This document shows, piece by piece, positions 55,290 to 64,000 of a DNA stretch of 64,000 nt (the first letter of the stretch is position 1; each line of letters starts with the position of its first letter). The position numbers were made by a program, and so were the translations under genes. Under the pieces are notes generated by a model. The model had not been told where the DNA came from, searched no databases, and saw only the letters and a program-made list of their open reading frames with translations. Source of the stretch: a bacterium (lineage in GTDB: Bacteria > Krumholzibacteriota > Krumholzibacteriia > G020349025); NCBI GenBank assembly GCA_031362565.1, contig JANLSU010000126.1, positions 21,526 through 85,525 on the forward strand, in the 5' to 3' direction.

Positions 55290-56957
55290 GTGAAGATCGC
55301 ATCCAGCGCCGGAATCCTACTCGCCGCTCTCCTGGCGGCAGCGGCCGGCAACGCCCAAGACAACCATCCCAGGCGCGGCGGAACTCCAACACGGCAGCAC
55401 GAAGCGGCCCTCGAAGCCGTGATCGACCGCCAGTGCCATTCGGTGATGGAACTGCTGTATCGCAACCGCCTTTCGGAAGCCAAGGAGGTTGCCGACTCGT
55501 TGCTCGCCGCCGCTCCGGAGGATCCGCGCTCCCACCTCCTCATGGCGCGGGTGTTGCGCGAGTCCTTCCCGGATCAGAATTCGACCGGCGACCATCTCGA
55601 AGCGTTGTCGGCGCCCATCCAAGCCGAATCCGATTTGGCGATCGCCATGGCCGACCGGCTCGTCAACGCCGACGAGCGTTCGGTGGCCGGTTATCTGTAT
55701 CGCGGTTGGGCGCACTTGTTTCGTTCGCAGATGCACACCTTCTGCAACGAATACTGGAGCGCCGGCCGCCAGGCGAAGGCCGGCAAGAACGACCTCGACC
55801 GGGCCCTGGAATTGGATCCGGACAACATCGATGCCCAAGGCGTTCTCGGGAGCTACCTCTACTTCGCCGACGTGCTACCGAGAGTCGTGAAGCTGGCGCG
55901 GACGATCGTCCGCGTGCCGGGCGGCGATCGGGGGCGCGGCTTGGAGTTGATGTATCATGCATCACGCGGCAACGGTTACGTGCGGCTCGATGCCCGGGCT
56001 CTCATCGCGGTCATTGAATTCGCGTTCGAAGGCGACTTCGAAGCCGCCACCCGGGACTTCGACGCGTTCCTGCTGGAGTACCCCAACAACCCGCGTCTCA
56101 TGGAACCGCTCGCCGTGATGCACCCGCTGCATCCCGAAGATGGCTACGCCGAGCGTATCGCCGCGGCCGCGACGGAGCACATGAACAGCACGGATACGTG
56201 GAACCGCCAGCTCGCGCAGCGCTTGTTCTTCTACCACGCGATCGGCGACTTGGTGTCGGGGTCGGTCGACGACGCGGCAGTGCGGCTGGAGACACTCCGG
56301 CGCTCGGCTCCCGCGTACCCCGACTGGTTCGAGCGCACCGTGATGTTGTGCACCGCCGAGACGGAACTCTTGCGTGGCGATCGTGAAGCCGCCATCGCGG
56401 TCTACGCGACGGTTTCCCAGCCCCCCGACGCGGAGGACCCGCCGTGGGTGGTGGACACCCAACGCCGGCTCGAGGAGCGCTTGCGCTTCGTGAAGACGCC
56501 GGAAGCCGCGGCGCCGGACTCCGAGGTTGCCGCGTTGCGCCGCCTCGAACGGGTCGCGCGGGCCCTCTACGCCGGTGACTTTGCGACAGCGGAGCAGGAA
56601 CTCGCCGCCATTCCGGCCGGATCCAGTCCCGGTGTCGTGTATTACCAGGGTGAGCTGGCGCGCTTGACGCATCGCGACAACGACGCGCTCGCGGCGTTCG
56701 ACCGTTTCACCGCCGCCCAGCTTCCGGACCGCTGGCGCTTCTTCAAGTGTTTCGCATTCGTGCACATCGCCGAGATCCAAGCGGCGCACGGCGACCGCCA
56801 TGCGGCAGCGCATAGCATCGAGCGGTTGATCGACTTCGACCGGGATGGCGACCTCATCCGGCATGCGCTGCGCGCCCGCAAGGAATTCTTCGAGCGCGAA
56901 GGCCCGCCGTTGCGGCCGGCCGACAACAACGTCCCGCCGGTGCAGACGGCGCGATGA
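55290..56957 (+). CDS. Exported TPR-repeat protein
   Basis: GGAGG SD, signal peptide, all-helical TPR-like repeats ('RALELDPDNIDA..VLG.Y.Y'). Confidence 0.75.
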   Translation: MKIASSAGILLAALLAAAAGNAQDNHPRRGGTPTRQHEAALEAVIDRQCHSVMELLYRNRLSEAKEVADSLLAAAPEDPRSHLLMARVLRESFPDQNSTGDHLEALSAPIQAESDLAIAMADRLVNADERSVAGYLYRGWAHLFRSQMHTFCNEYWSAGRQAKAGKNDLDRALELDPDNIDAQGVLGSYLYFADVLPRVVKLARTIVRVPGGDRGRGLELMYHASRGNGYVRLDARALIAVIEFAFEGDFEAATRDFDAFLLEYPNNPRLMEPLAVMHPLHPEDGYAERIAAAATEHMNSTDTWNRQLAQRLFFYHAIGDLVSGSVDDAAVRLETLRRSAPAYPDWFERTVMLCTAETELLRGDREAAIAVYATVSQPPDAEDPPWVVDTQRRLEERLRFVKTPEAAAPDSEVAALRRLERVARALYAGDFATAEQELAAIPAGSSPGVVYYQGELARLTHRDNDALAAFDRFTAAQLPDRWRFFKCFAFVHIAEIQAAHGDRHAAAHSIERLIDFDRDGDLIRHALRARKEFFEREGPPLRPADNNVPPVQTAR

Positions 56958-57334
56958 CCAACCGGTTTCTCACCCTCGGCGCGGTCGCCGGGGCACTCGG
57001 TGTCGCGATGGGAGCGTTTGCGGCCCATGCGCTGCGCACGCAATCGAGTGTCGAAGCGCTGGGATGGTTCGAGACCGGGGCGCGCTATCACATGCTGCAT
57101 GCGTTGGCGTTGGTCGCGGCCGGGCTTGGAGCAGGGCACGTGCGCGAAACGCCGCGCGTCGTCGCGGGGACGTGTTTCGCGGCCGGCATCGTGTTGTTTT
57201 CCGGCAGTTTGTACGCCATGGCGTTGACCGGCTGGCGCGGACTGGGCGCCGTCACACCGATCGGTGGCGCGGCGTGGATCGCCGGCTGGATCGCACTTGC
57301 AGCGGGATCAATGCACGGGCGGCGCGCTGGTTGA
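56954..57334 (+). CDS. DUF423 (YgdD/TMEM256) small membrane protein
   Basis: 'GAFAAH', 'RYHMLHAL', 'GIVLFSGSLY', 'GAVTPIGG'. Confidence 0.92.
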   Translation: MTNRFLTLGAVAGALGVAMGAFAAHALRTQSSVEALGWFETGARYHMLHALALVAAGLGAGHVRETPRVVAGTCFAAGIVLFSGSLYAMALTGWRGLGAVTPIGGAAWIAGWIALAAGSMHGRRAG

Positions 57335-58807
57335 TGGCGTGCGTCCGGCTGCCGGCGCCGCCGCCGTTGCGACCGTTGGCGTGCGCCACACCGGGCTGCC
57401 GGCCCAGCGGTACACACCGTAGTCGCTTCGCAACGCGGGCGGCACCGCATCCAAGTTGGGCACGTACAGGATGCCGGACGGCACCGGTTCGTCATGAGCG
57501 GTGAGCACGAGATCCGGTTCCTGTCGCAACATCGGCGCAAAATCATGGGCCGCGGGGGCGCCATCCGATGCTCGGCGTGCGGCGGCGACACGCGGACTCA
57601 CTTGCCCCAACACGTCTTCCATCTCGAGCCCGCTGTAATACCCGAGCGCACCGACCTGCCGCGCACCCACGACCGTTCCGGGAAGAGCGTGGGTTGCCAA
57701 CCATTCACCCAGTTTCGCATAGCCGGCGCGCGACTCCGGAGTCGTCGTGCGCGCCATCCATGTTCGCGCCGGCTGCGCACCCACCAGCAGGAGCGCCGCC
57801 ACGAGCCCGAGCCGGGTCCGCGTCCCGCGCCACACCGACTCGACCGCCAGCAAGTACGCGGGCGCAAGAAGAATCGTCACGGTGCGCTCGACATCATGCC
57901 CCGCGCCGGGCAAGAGCGCGAATGCTGCAAGCACCAAGAGTCCCCAGCCGAAACCCGTCGAACGCCCAATGCGAAACTTGCCTCGCACCCAAGTCGAAAG
58001 CATGACGATGACGCCGATGCCGACCAGCGGCCGGCGCACCGCCAGATCGCCGAGCGAACGCAATCCCGCTTGGAGGCTGGCCGGTGACGGCGGCCACGGC
58101 TGCCAGGTCGCCGGCAGGGCGTGAAAATAGTGCGACCGAATCGCCCAACAGAGCATCGCCGACGCGAGCGCCGAGCCGAGCGGCAGCCAAGCGCGCGGAC
58201 GCCGCCAATCCGTCGCTGCCCAGCCGATCATGGCGGGCACGACGGCGAGCGCCAGTTCGTAGCGCATCAGAACACCGGCCGCCGCCCACACTGCCAGCAT
58301 GACGTTGGCATGCCGCGGTTCTTCGTCGCGCCCGCGGGCGCGGCGCAATTGCAGATACAGTCCCATCAAATACGCCGACGCCAAGAGCGAACTCGTGCCC
58401 GATGAAACGCTGGCCGCGAACATCCCATCGAGTCCAAGAAACAAACTCGCGCACGCCCCTGCGACCAAGAGCCGCGGCCCCGCCAGAACGAGCACCAAGA
58501 CGCACACGCCGAGCAACATGCCGGTCACTTGCACGAGGAGCGGTGCCTGTTCCGAAACCGAGAGGACGGTGAGAATGCCGAGCCACACCGGACTGTCGAC
58601 GAGGTCGCGCCGTTCACCGGGGTTGAAGACGATGCCGTGTCCGTGCCGCACGTTGTCGGCAACCCGGAGTGCGATGTAACCCGCGTCGTCGAGTTGCACA
58701 CCGGAACGGACGCAATGGCTGGTCGCGAGCGCCAGGAAGAGGATCGCCGGAATGATCGCGAACAACGGCCGCACCACGTGCCTCCAGCGTCCCGACGCTC
58801 GGCCCAA
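57308..58807 (-). CDS. GT-C-like polytopic membrane protein (AftB-like N-terminal motif)
   Basis: 'DDAGYI..RVADN..HGHGIVFNPGER', 'RYE', many TM helices, 'GALGYYS...EDVLG'. Start codon uncertain (alternative near 58777). Confidence 0.65.
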   Translation of the reverse strand: MGRASGRWRHVVRPLFAIIPAILFLALATSHCVRSGVQLDDAGYIALRVADNVRHGHGIVFNPGERRDLVDSPVWLGILTVLSVSEQAPLLVQVTGMLLGVCVLVLVLAGPRLLVAGACASLFLGLDGMFAASVSSGTSSLLASAYLMGLYLQLRRARGRDEEPRHANVMLAVWAAAGVLMRYELALAVVPAMIGWAATDWRRPRAWLPLGSALASAMLCWAIRSHYFHALPATWQPWPPSPASLQAGLRSLGDLAVRRPLVGIGVIVMLSTWVRGKFRIGRSTGFGWGLLVLAAFALLPGAGHDVERTVTILLAPAYLLAVESVWRGTRTRLGLVAALLLVGAQPARTWMARTTTPESRAGYAKLGEWLATHALPGTVVGARQVGALGYYSGLEMEDVLGQVSPRVAAARRASDGAPAAHDFAPMLRQEPDLVLTAHDEPVPSGILYVPNLDAVPPALRSDYGVYRWAGSPVWRTPTVATAAAPAAGRTPSTSAPPVH

Positions 58808-58849
58808 GATTCCAGGCGGTACGAGCGGCGGTGGTCCAGATGGCGGCGC

Positions 58850-60802
58850 TCATTCGAGGCGGGCCAGGCCGCCTTGTGTCGCGACCCAGACGCGGGAGTC
58901 GTGGGCGAGCAAACCCGTCACGTTGGTGTCGGGCAATCCTTGCAGGAGCCCGACGCGCTCGCCTTGCGATTCCAGTTCCGCTGCTGCCCCACGCCGCAAG
59001 TTCCGAACGGCAACGACCCAGAGTCCCGCCTGCGACCCGACATACAATTTGCCGTCGTGTTCGAGTAGCGCGGTGATCTGATCGCGCCGTTCGTCGTTCC
59101 AGGCAAACGTTGTCGCCGTCTCACCTTGCCAGCGCACGACGCCCCGGTCGCCGCCCAGCCAAAGGTCGCCGCCATCGCCCCATGCCATGCAATTCGCGCG
59201 CCCCATGGGGATTACGACGGGCTCGGGGCGCGCCGCACCGCTGCGCCAGATCCAGAAGCCGGTTCCGGGCCTTCCACCGAGCGCCAGCGCCGAGTCGGAT
59301 GCGGCTGCTGCAAACAACGCGATGTGCTCACGCCCGAGGTCGACTTCGTTCCATTCGTTCTGCACGAAGAGATGCAGTCCCGCCGCACCCACCGCGATCA
59401 CGCTGCCGCCCCACACGCCAAGGGCGTGCACGGCCCGGCCTGGAAACTGCAAATCACGGTGCCATCTGCCGCGCGGATCGCGCTGGAAGAGGCCTTGGCG
59501 GGTGGCGGCCCAAAAGATCATGCCCTCCGGGTCCCACGCCAATGCGTGCACATCGGAAGGCCGGCGCATGCGGACGACGAGTTCGTTGCTCCAGCGTCCC
59601 TCGGAGAACAAAACGACACGGCCGGACTCGCCGCCCACGAGGAGCGACTCCGGCGATGCTGCGAGCGCCCGGCAGACTTTGAAATCCGGCTCGGCTGCGG
59701 TTCGCCAGCGTGACTCGACGACAAAGCGCGGGCGGCGCGACGCGACGACGCGCGGCGCGAATTCTTCGAGACGCGACGCACCGCGGACCCGCGGCCAGCG
59801 TCCACGTGCCGCGCTCGCGTGCTCGGGCGGAGTCGACGGCGCGGCCACAGCGTCGGACCAGCGCGCCAATGTGCTGCCCTGCCCCACCCACAGTTCGCCG
59901 GCGTGGCTCGCGAGGTGGCGCACCGGAAAGTCATCGACCATCTCGGCGGTCGAGGGTTCCGCCATGGCATCGCCCAAGTCCTCGAGCCGCACACGATGCA
60001 AGCCGGTTGCCGTGCCTGCATACAGGAACCGGCCGTGCACACAAAGCGCCGAGACGCGGTTGCGCTCCGCTGAGCCGGAAACCTCCGCGAGTTGTACGGT
60101 GCCCCAACGTGAGATGTGTTCCGGAGCTTCGACGAGCGCGCGCTGGGTCACGAAATGCAGCGCGCCATGCACGGCTACCGCGACGTGCGATCCCGCCAAC
60201 GCGAGCGCGGTCGCGTAGCGCGAATCCAGACCCTCGTTTTCGGACCACTGGTAGAGCCCGGACTCCGTGCCGCCGGTCGCGACCATCAGGATGCCGTTGT
60301 TGTTGGTGAGCATCAGGATCCGCCGCGTGCCGGGCGGACTGTCGAGCGCCAGAATGCGCACCAGCCGGGCCTGCGGCAGCGGCAATTCGAGGAGTTCGAA
60401 GCCGTCGGCGCCTTCGCGATACGCACGTCCGCCACCCGCGGCCGCCCAAATGCGGCCTTGCACGAACGCCACACCGTTGATGAAGGCGCCGGCGCCGGTC
60501 GGAAGCGAGAGGCCGTGCCGCCAGCGCACCTTACCGCGTGCCGCGCTGCCGTCGGCTATCAGCGCCTCGACATCGTCAACCCAGGCGACGCCATTCGGCG
60601 TCGCAACACAGAGCCGCTCGCCGTCGAGTGCGACATGCAACACCGGGTGCGCGGGCAGCCCCTCGAGGGTTGTCCACTTGCAGGCAACACCGGTCGCCGT
60701 GTCGAGATACGACACGCCGCCCTGGTGGCCGATCCACAGCCCGTGCGCGCCGGAGAGCACGTGCTGGATGTTGTCCGAAAACGTCAGAACTTTCTTGATC
60801 AT
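58850..60802 (-). CDS. Reg_prop-like beta-propeller repeat protein without a signal peptide
   Basis: Repeats of 'GLP...V..+......+W+.T..G+'. Two propeller-sized halves joined by a low-complexity linker. Confidence 0.7.
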   Translation of the reverse strand: MIKKVLTFSDNIQHVLSGAHGLWIGHQGGVSYLDTATGVACKWTTLEGLPAHPVLHVALDGERLCVATPNGVAWVDDVEALIADGSAARGKVRWRHGLSLPTGAGAFINGVAFVQGRIWAAAGGGRAYREGADGFELLELPLPQARLVRILALDSPPGTRRILMLTNNNGILMVATGGTESGLYQWSENEGLDSRYATALALAGSHVAVAVHGALHFVTQRALVEAPEHISRWGTVQLAEVSGSAERNRVSALCVHGRFLYAGTATGLHRVRLEDLGDAMAEPSTAEMVDDFPVRHLASHAGELWVGQGSTLARWSDAVAAPSTPPEHASAARGRWPRVRGASRLEEFAPRVVASRRPRFVVESRWRTAAEPDFKVCRALAASPESLLVGGESGRVVLFSEGRWSNELVVRMRRPSDVHALAWDPEGMIFWAATRQGLFQRDPRGRWHRDLQFPGRAVHALGVWGGSVIAVGAAGLHLFVQNEWNEVDLGREHIALFAAAASDSALALGGRPGTGFWIWRSGAARPEPVVIPMGRANCMAWGDGGDLWLGGDRGVVRWQGETATTFAWNDERRDQITALLEHDGKLYVGSQAGLWVVAVRNLRRGAAAELESQGERVGLLQGLPDTNVTGLLAHDSRVWVATQGGLARLE

Positions 60803-61075
60803 GTTCGCCCGAGATCGCCGCCTTGCGAAGAGCGTTGCCTTTGATGTGGCGGAAACAGCGAACGAGGGGACGCTGAGCACCGTCGACGAGACGGCGGCGA
60901 TCGTGTCCTTTCGGCCGCGGCGCCTGCAAGTTGCGTTGCGCCGGTTACATGTTCCGAGGGCAAGACTGCGAACAAACCTCGTCGTACGGGCCGCGAGTCC
61001 GAGGGTGGAAACGCAGCGTGCTCCGTCGTTCGAGTTGCGGTGTCCCCCGGACGCCGTCGCGCGCGAGGTAGACGC

Positions 61076-61104
61076 AGTCTAGCAGGCGGCGGCGGCGGTC
61101 GCAA
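61076..61104 (-). promoter_or_regulatory. Candidate sigma-70 promoter (extended -10) for the propeller gene
   Basis: On the minus strand: TTGCGA, 17-nt spacer, TG-c-TAGACT. The extended -10 is identical to the one at 42591. Confidence 0.55.
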
Positions 61105-61215
61105 CCCGCAGAAGGCGCGGCGGGCGGGCGCGGTGACATTCCCCGGTTCGGCCGGCGTGCGGTGTAGCGCACGAGTCTGCGGCTGAAATGCTCGCGCCTG
61201 ATTACGTATAAATAC

Positions 61216-61584
61216 CTAGTTCTGAAATACGAACCGGTGGGTGTGCTCGGTGGGCGTCTCGACTTGTGCGGGCTCCGAGGTCACGCTCACGGCGCCGTTG
61301 TGGTCGGCGAGAGTCTGCAGATCCGCTTGCCTGAGCTTCACCTGGTGCGAGTGGCCTTCGGCTGTAGTGGTGAAGTAGGTGGCTTGTGCCGGCAAATCCG
61401 CGATGTCGGACGCCGGGATGGTGCAGCGGTGAGTGTGCGCTGCAACGCCCATCTCCAGTGGATTCGTCGACACCGCGGTGACGCCGGGCACTGCGCCGAC
61501 CGGGTTCTCGCACGAACTCACCGCGAGCGCGAGGATCGCGGCCGTGAGAATCGGAATGGTGACTGCGAACCCACGGCGTGTCAT
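61216..61584 (-). CDS. Small lipoprotein with three HxH motifs
   Basis: GGAG SD, lipobox 'VSSC', motifs 'HTH', 'HSH' and 'HTH'. Confidence 0.7.
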   Translation of the reverse strand: MTRRGFAVTIPILTAAILALAVSSCENPVGAVPGVTAVSTNPLEMGVAAHTHRCTIPASDIADLPAQATYFTTTAEGHSHQVKLRQADLQTLADHNGAVSVTSEPAQVETPTEHTHRFVFQN

Positions 61585-61735
61585 GTGTTCAGCTCCAAGG
61601 AAGGTGGCGCACCGGGGTGTCTGCTGCCTTGTGCCGTTCGGCCCTGGAGTGGCAAGATCGGCACATCCAACACTGCGGGCTGCGACTCCGGCGCCGCCGG
61701 AAAAGCCGCCGCAGCGAGAGAAGGAGCGTAGCACC

Positions 61736-64000
61736 GTGGCCCACTCGACCACAACGACCGGCCGGATCGACGGGTTGTACGCCGAACAGGCGCAGCATTT
61801 CGCGCACTGGGAGAAAACCAAGGACATCGTCGACCAGTGCATCGACATGATGCTGAACTATCGCCAGAGCGGCCACCCGGGCGGCTCGCGGTCGAAAGTT
61901 CATGTGATGCTGGCGACGTTGCTCTCGGGCGCCATGCGCTGGGACATCCGGCATCCCGAGAATCGTTTCGGCGACCGCTTCGTGCTCATCGCCGGACACT
62001 GCACGCCGCTCCTTTATTCCGTGCTTGCGGTGCTGAACGAACCGCTACGCACCTTGTGGCGCGAAACCGGCGACGACCGCTACCGCGTTCCCGAAGCCGA
62101 GCACCGGCAACTCGTCTGGGAGGACTTGCTCGGATTTCGCCGCAATAAGGGCCTCGCGGGCCACGCCGAAATGGAAGGCAAGACGCTGTTCGTGAAAGCC
62201 AACACCGGTCCAACCGCGCACGGCGCACCGCCGGCGGCCGGGATCGCCTTCGCGCTCAAGCGCGCCGGGGCAACGGGCGTGCGCGTCTTCGCAATGGAAG
62301 GCGAAGGCGGGCTCACGGCCGGTTCGCATCACGAAACCAAGAACTCGGCGTGGGGCTTGGGCCTCGACAACCTCGTCTACTTGGTCGACTGGAACGACTT
62401 CGGAATCGACCCGCGTGCTGCGAGCACGGTCGTGCACGGCTCGCCCGAGGACTGGTTCCGCCCCTACGGCTGGCGCGTCTTCGGCACCGAAGACGGCATG
62501 AATTGGCCGACGGTGACGCGTCCGCTCCTCGAGGCCGTGCACGGCGAAAACCAGCAAGGGGTGCCGAGCGTCGCCTGGTTCAAGACCCGCAAAGGCCGCG
62601 GTTACGGCGTCCTCGACTACAAGTCGCACGGCACGCCGCACAAGCCGAACAGCGAGGTGTACTGGCAAGGCCGGCGCGAGTTCGGCGCCAAGTACGGCAT
62701 CGAATTCGAAGGCATAGACAAGCCGGCACCCGACAACAAGGACGACTTCCGCAATCAAGTCGTCGCCAACTTCGAGCGCGTGATGCAAGTCCTGCACGAC
62801 GATACGGCGCTTCTCGAGTATCTCGCTAATCGCCTGGTGGAAGTCGGCGAATCGATCCCGCGCACGATTCCCACATTCCGAATGGACACCCGCAAGAATC
62901 CCGTCGATGACCCGGCGCTCTACGACTTCAAGAACTACCCCAAGGATCTCTACGTCGCCCCCGGCACCAAGGAACCGAATCGCGCCGCGCTCTCCAAGTG
63001 GGGCGCCTGGGTGAACGCCTGGTGCCACGAGAAATACGGCCGGCCGCTCTTCATGGCCATGTCGGCCGATCTCGCGGACTCGACGAATGTCGCCGGTTTT
63101 GCGAAGGCGTATGGCGATTTCGCCGGCTACGATTGGTACGAACGCACGAAGAACCCCGAAGGCGTATTGCTACCACAGGAGATCACCGAGTTCGCGAACG
63201 CCGGCATCACCTGCGGCATCGCTTCGACCAACTTGTCGGAGCGGCCGTTCGAAGAGTGGCAGGGTTTCATGGCCGCCTGCTCGACCTACGGTTCGTTCTC
63301 CTACTTGAAGCTCGGGCCGATGCGCCTCTTCGCGCAACTCGCCCAGGATTCACAGATCCAAGTCGGCAAGGTGCTGTGGATCGCCGGCCATTCGGGACCT
63401 GAAACGGCGGAAGATGCCCGCACGCACTTCGGCATCTACGAGCCCTATGTGACCCAGCTCATGCCCGACAACCATGTCGTGGACCTACACCCGTGGGAGC
63501 ACAACGAAGTGCCGGTCGTACTCGCAGCGGCGCTCAAACACGGCGCGCATGTGATCGCGCTGCACTTGACGCGCCCGCCGGTCGATATCCCGGATCGCGC
63601 CGCCCTCGGCATGCCGTCGCATTTCGAAGCGGCGCGCGGCGCTTATGTGCTGCGCGACTACAAGGCCGGGCAGAAAAAGCGCGGCGTGATCATCGTCAGC
63701 GGTACGGCGACGACTGCGAACGTCGTCAAGCTGCTCCCGGAACTCGACAAGGCGGGGCTCAACGTCAAGATCGTCGCGGCGATTTCGCCGCAGCTCTTCC
63801 ACGCCGAGTCGGGGCGCTACCAAGAAAGCGTCATCTCGCCGGCCGAGTGGATCGATTCGACCGTGATCTCGAACCGCGGCCGGCGCACGATGACCGACTG
63901 GCTCGCGAACCGCATCGCCGCCGAGTATGCGATGACTCCCGACTGGGACGATCGCTGGCGCACCGGTGGCGCCCTCGACGAGATCATCGACGAGGCGCAT
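61736..64000 (+). CDS. tkt: Transketolase (single-chain, divergent clade), 3' end outside the window
   Basis: Absent from the ORF track because there is no stop in the window. Translated by hand from a GTG after AAGGAG: 'QSGHPGGS', 'DRFVL.AGH', 'LAGHAE', 'NTGP..HG', 'KTRKGRGYG...SHG', 'SADLADSTN', 'GHSGPETAEDARTH'. Confidence 0.9.
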   Translation, partial: MAHSTTTTGRIDGLYAEQAQHFAHWEKTKDIVDQCIDMMLNYRQSGHPGGSRSKVHVMLATLLSGAMRWDIRHPENRFGDRFVLIAGHCTPLLYSVLAVLNEPLRTLWRETGDDRYRVPEAEHRQLVWEDLLGFRRNKGLAGHAEMEGKTLFVKANTGPTAHGAPPAAGIAFALKRAGATGVRVFAMEGEGGLTAGSHHETKNSAWGLGLDNLVYLVDWNDFGIDPRAASTVVHGSPEDWFRPYGWRVFGTEDGMNWPTVTRPLLEAVHGENQQGVPSVAWFKTRKGRGYGVLDYKSHGTPHKPNSEVYWQGRREFGAKYGIEFEGIDKPAPDNKDDFRNQVVANFERVMQVLHDDTALLEYLANRLVEVGESIPRTIPTFRMDTRKNPVDDPALYDFKNYPKDLYVAPGTKEPNRAALSKWGAWVNAWCHEKYGRPLFMAMSADLADSTNVAGFAKAYGDFAGYDWYERTKNPEGVLLPQEITEFANAGITCGIASTNLSERPFEEWQGFMAACSTYGSFSYLKLGPMRLFAQLAQDSQIQVGKVLWIAGHSGPETAEDARTHFGIYEPYVTQLMPDNHVVDLHPWEHNEVPVVLAAALKHGAHVIALHLTRPPVDIPDRAALGMPSHFEAARGAYVLRDYKAGQKKRGVIIVSGTATTANVVKLLPELDKAGLNVKIVAAISPQLFHAESGRYQESVISPAEWIDSTVISNRGRRTMTDWLANRIAAEYAMTPDWDDRWRTGGALDEIIDEAH

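Noticed and set aside
60803..61075. c-di-GMP or other known riboswitch in the long leader
   Set aside because: A GCCGAAAGG tetraloop-like element is present on the minus strand, but the other conserved c-di-GMP-I elements are missing.
1..64000. CRISPR array, tRNA, rRNA, tmRNA, integrase or transposase
   Set aside because: By eye I found no regularly spaced repeat-spacer array, cloverleaf, rRNA-like sequence or DDE/tyrosine/serine recombinase motif.

Overview
A gene-dense, high-GC bacterial chromosomal segment with about 52 protein genes. I found no rRNA, tRNA, CRISPR array, integrase or transposase. Diderm envelope features (lipoproteins, a TonB-C protein, a possible outer-membrane barrel) and a C-terminal 'SWxxIKxLY' motif suggest an FCB-related candidate phylum such as Krumholzibacteriota, Latescibacterota or Eisenbacteria; this is inference only. 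Most genes are housekeeping: lysine/DAP metabolism (dapF, dapD, an M20 DapE/ArgE-like enzyme, lat), fbp, sahR-ahcY, iscS-iscA-nadA, mutY, an rluD-like gene, an rlmI-like gene, trxA, thpR, alaX, a Gld-like ABC system, a Wzz/BY-kinase pair and several glycan-modifying enzymes. A transketolase runs off the right edge. The most notable items are: (1) a tightly coupled operon behind a good sigma-54 promoter, encoding an Ig-like exported protein, a barrel-like/TPR protein, a HAMP-PP2C phosphatase, an RsbW-like kinase and a histidine-kinase homolog whose phospho-acceptor His is replaced by Asp; (2) an unannotated 23-codon leader ORF ending ERKPPPTTGS, followed by hairpins, upstream of lysine 6-aminotransferase; (3) a roughly 160-nt nested-helix intergenic RNA candidate that would mask a ribosome-binding site; (4) a stand-alone DUF222-like/HNH nuclease gene with its own strong promoter and structured flanks. 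All calls come from reading motifs by eye. No database searches or folding programs were run, and start codons were chosen from SD position and gene overlap.
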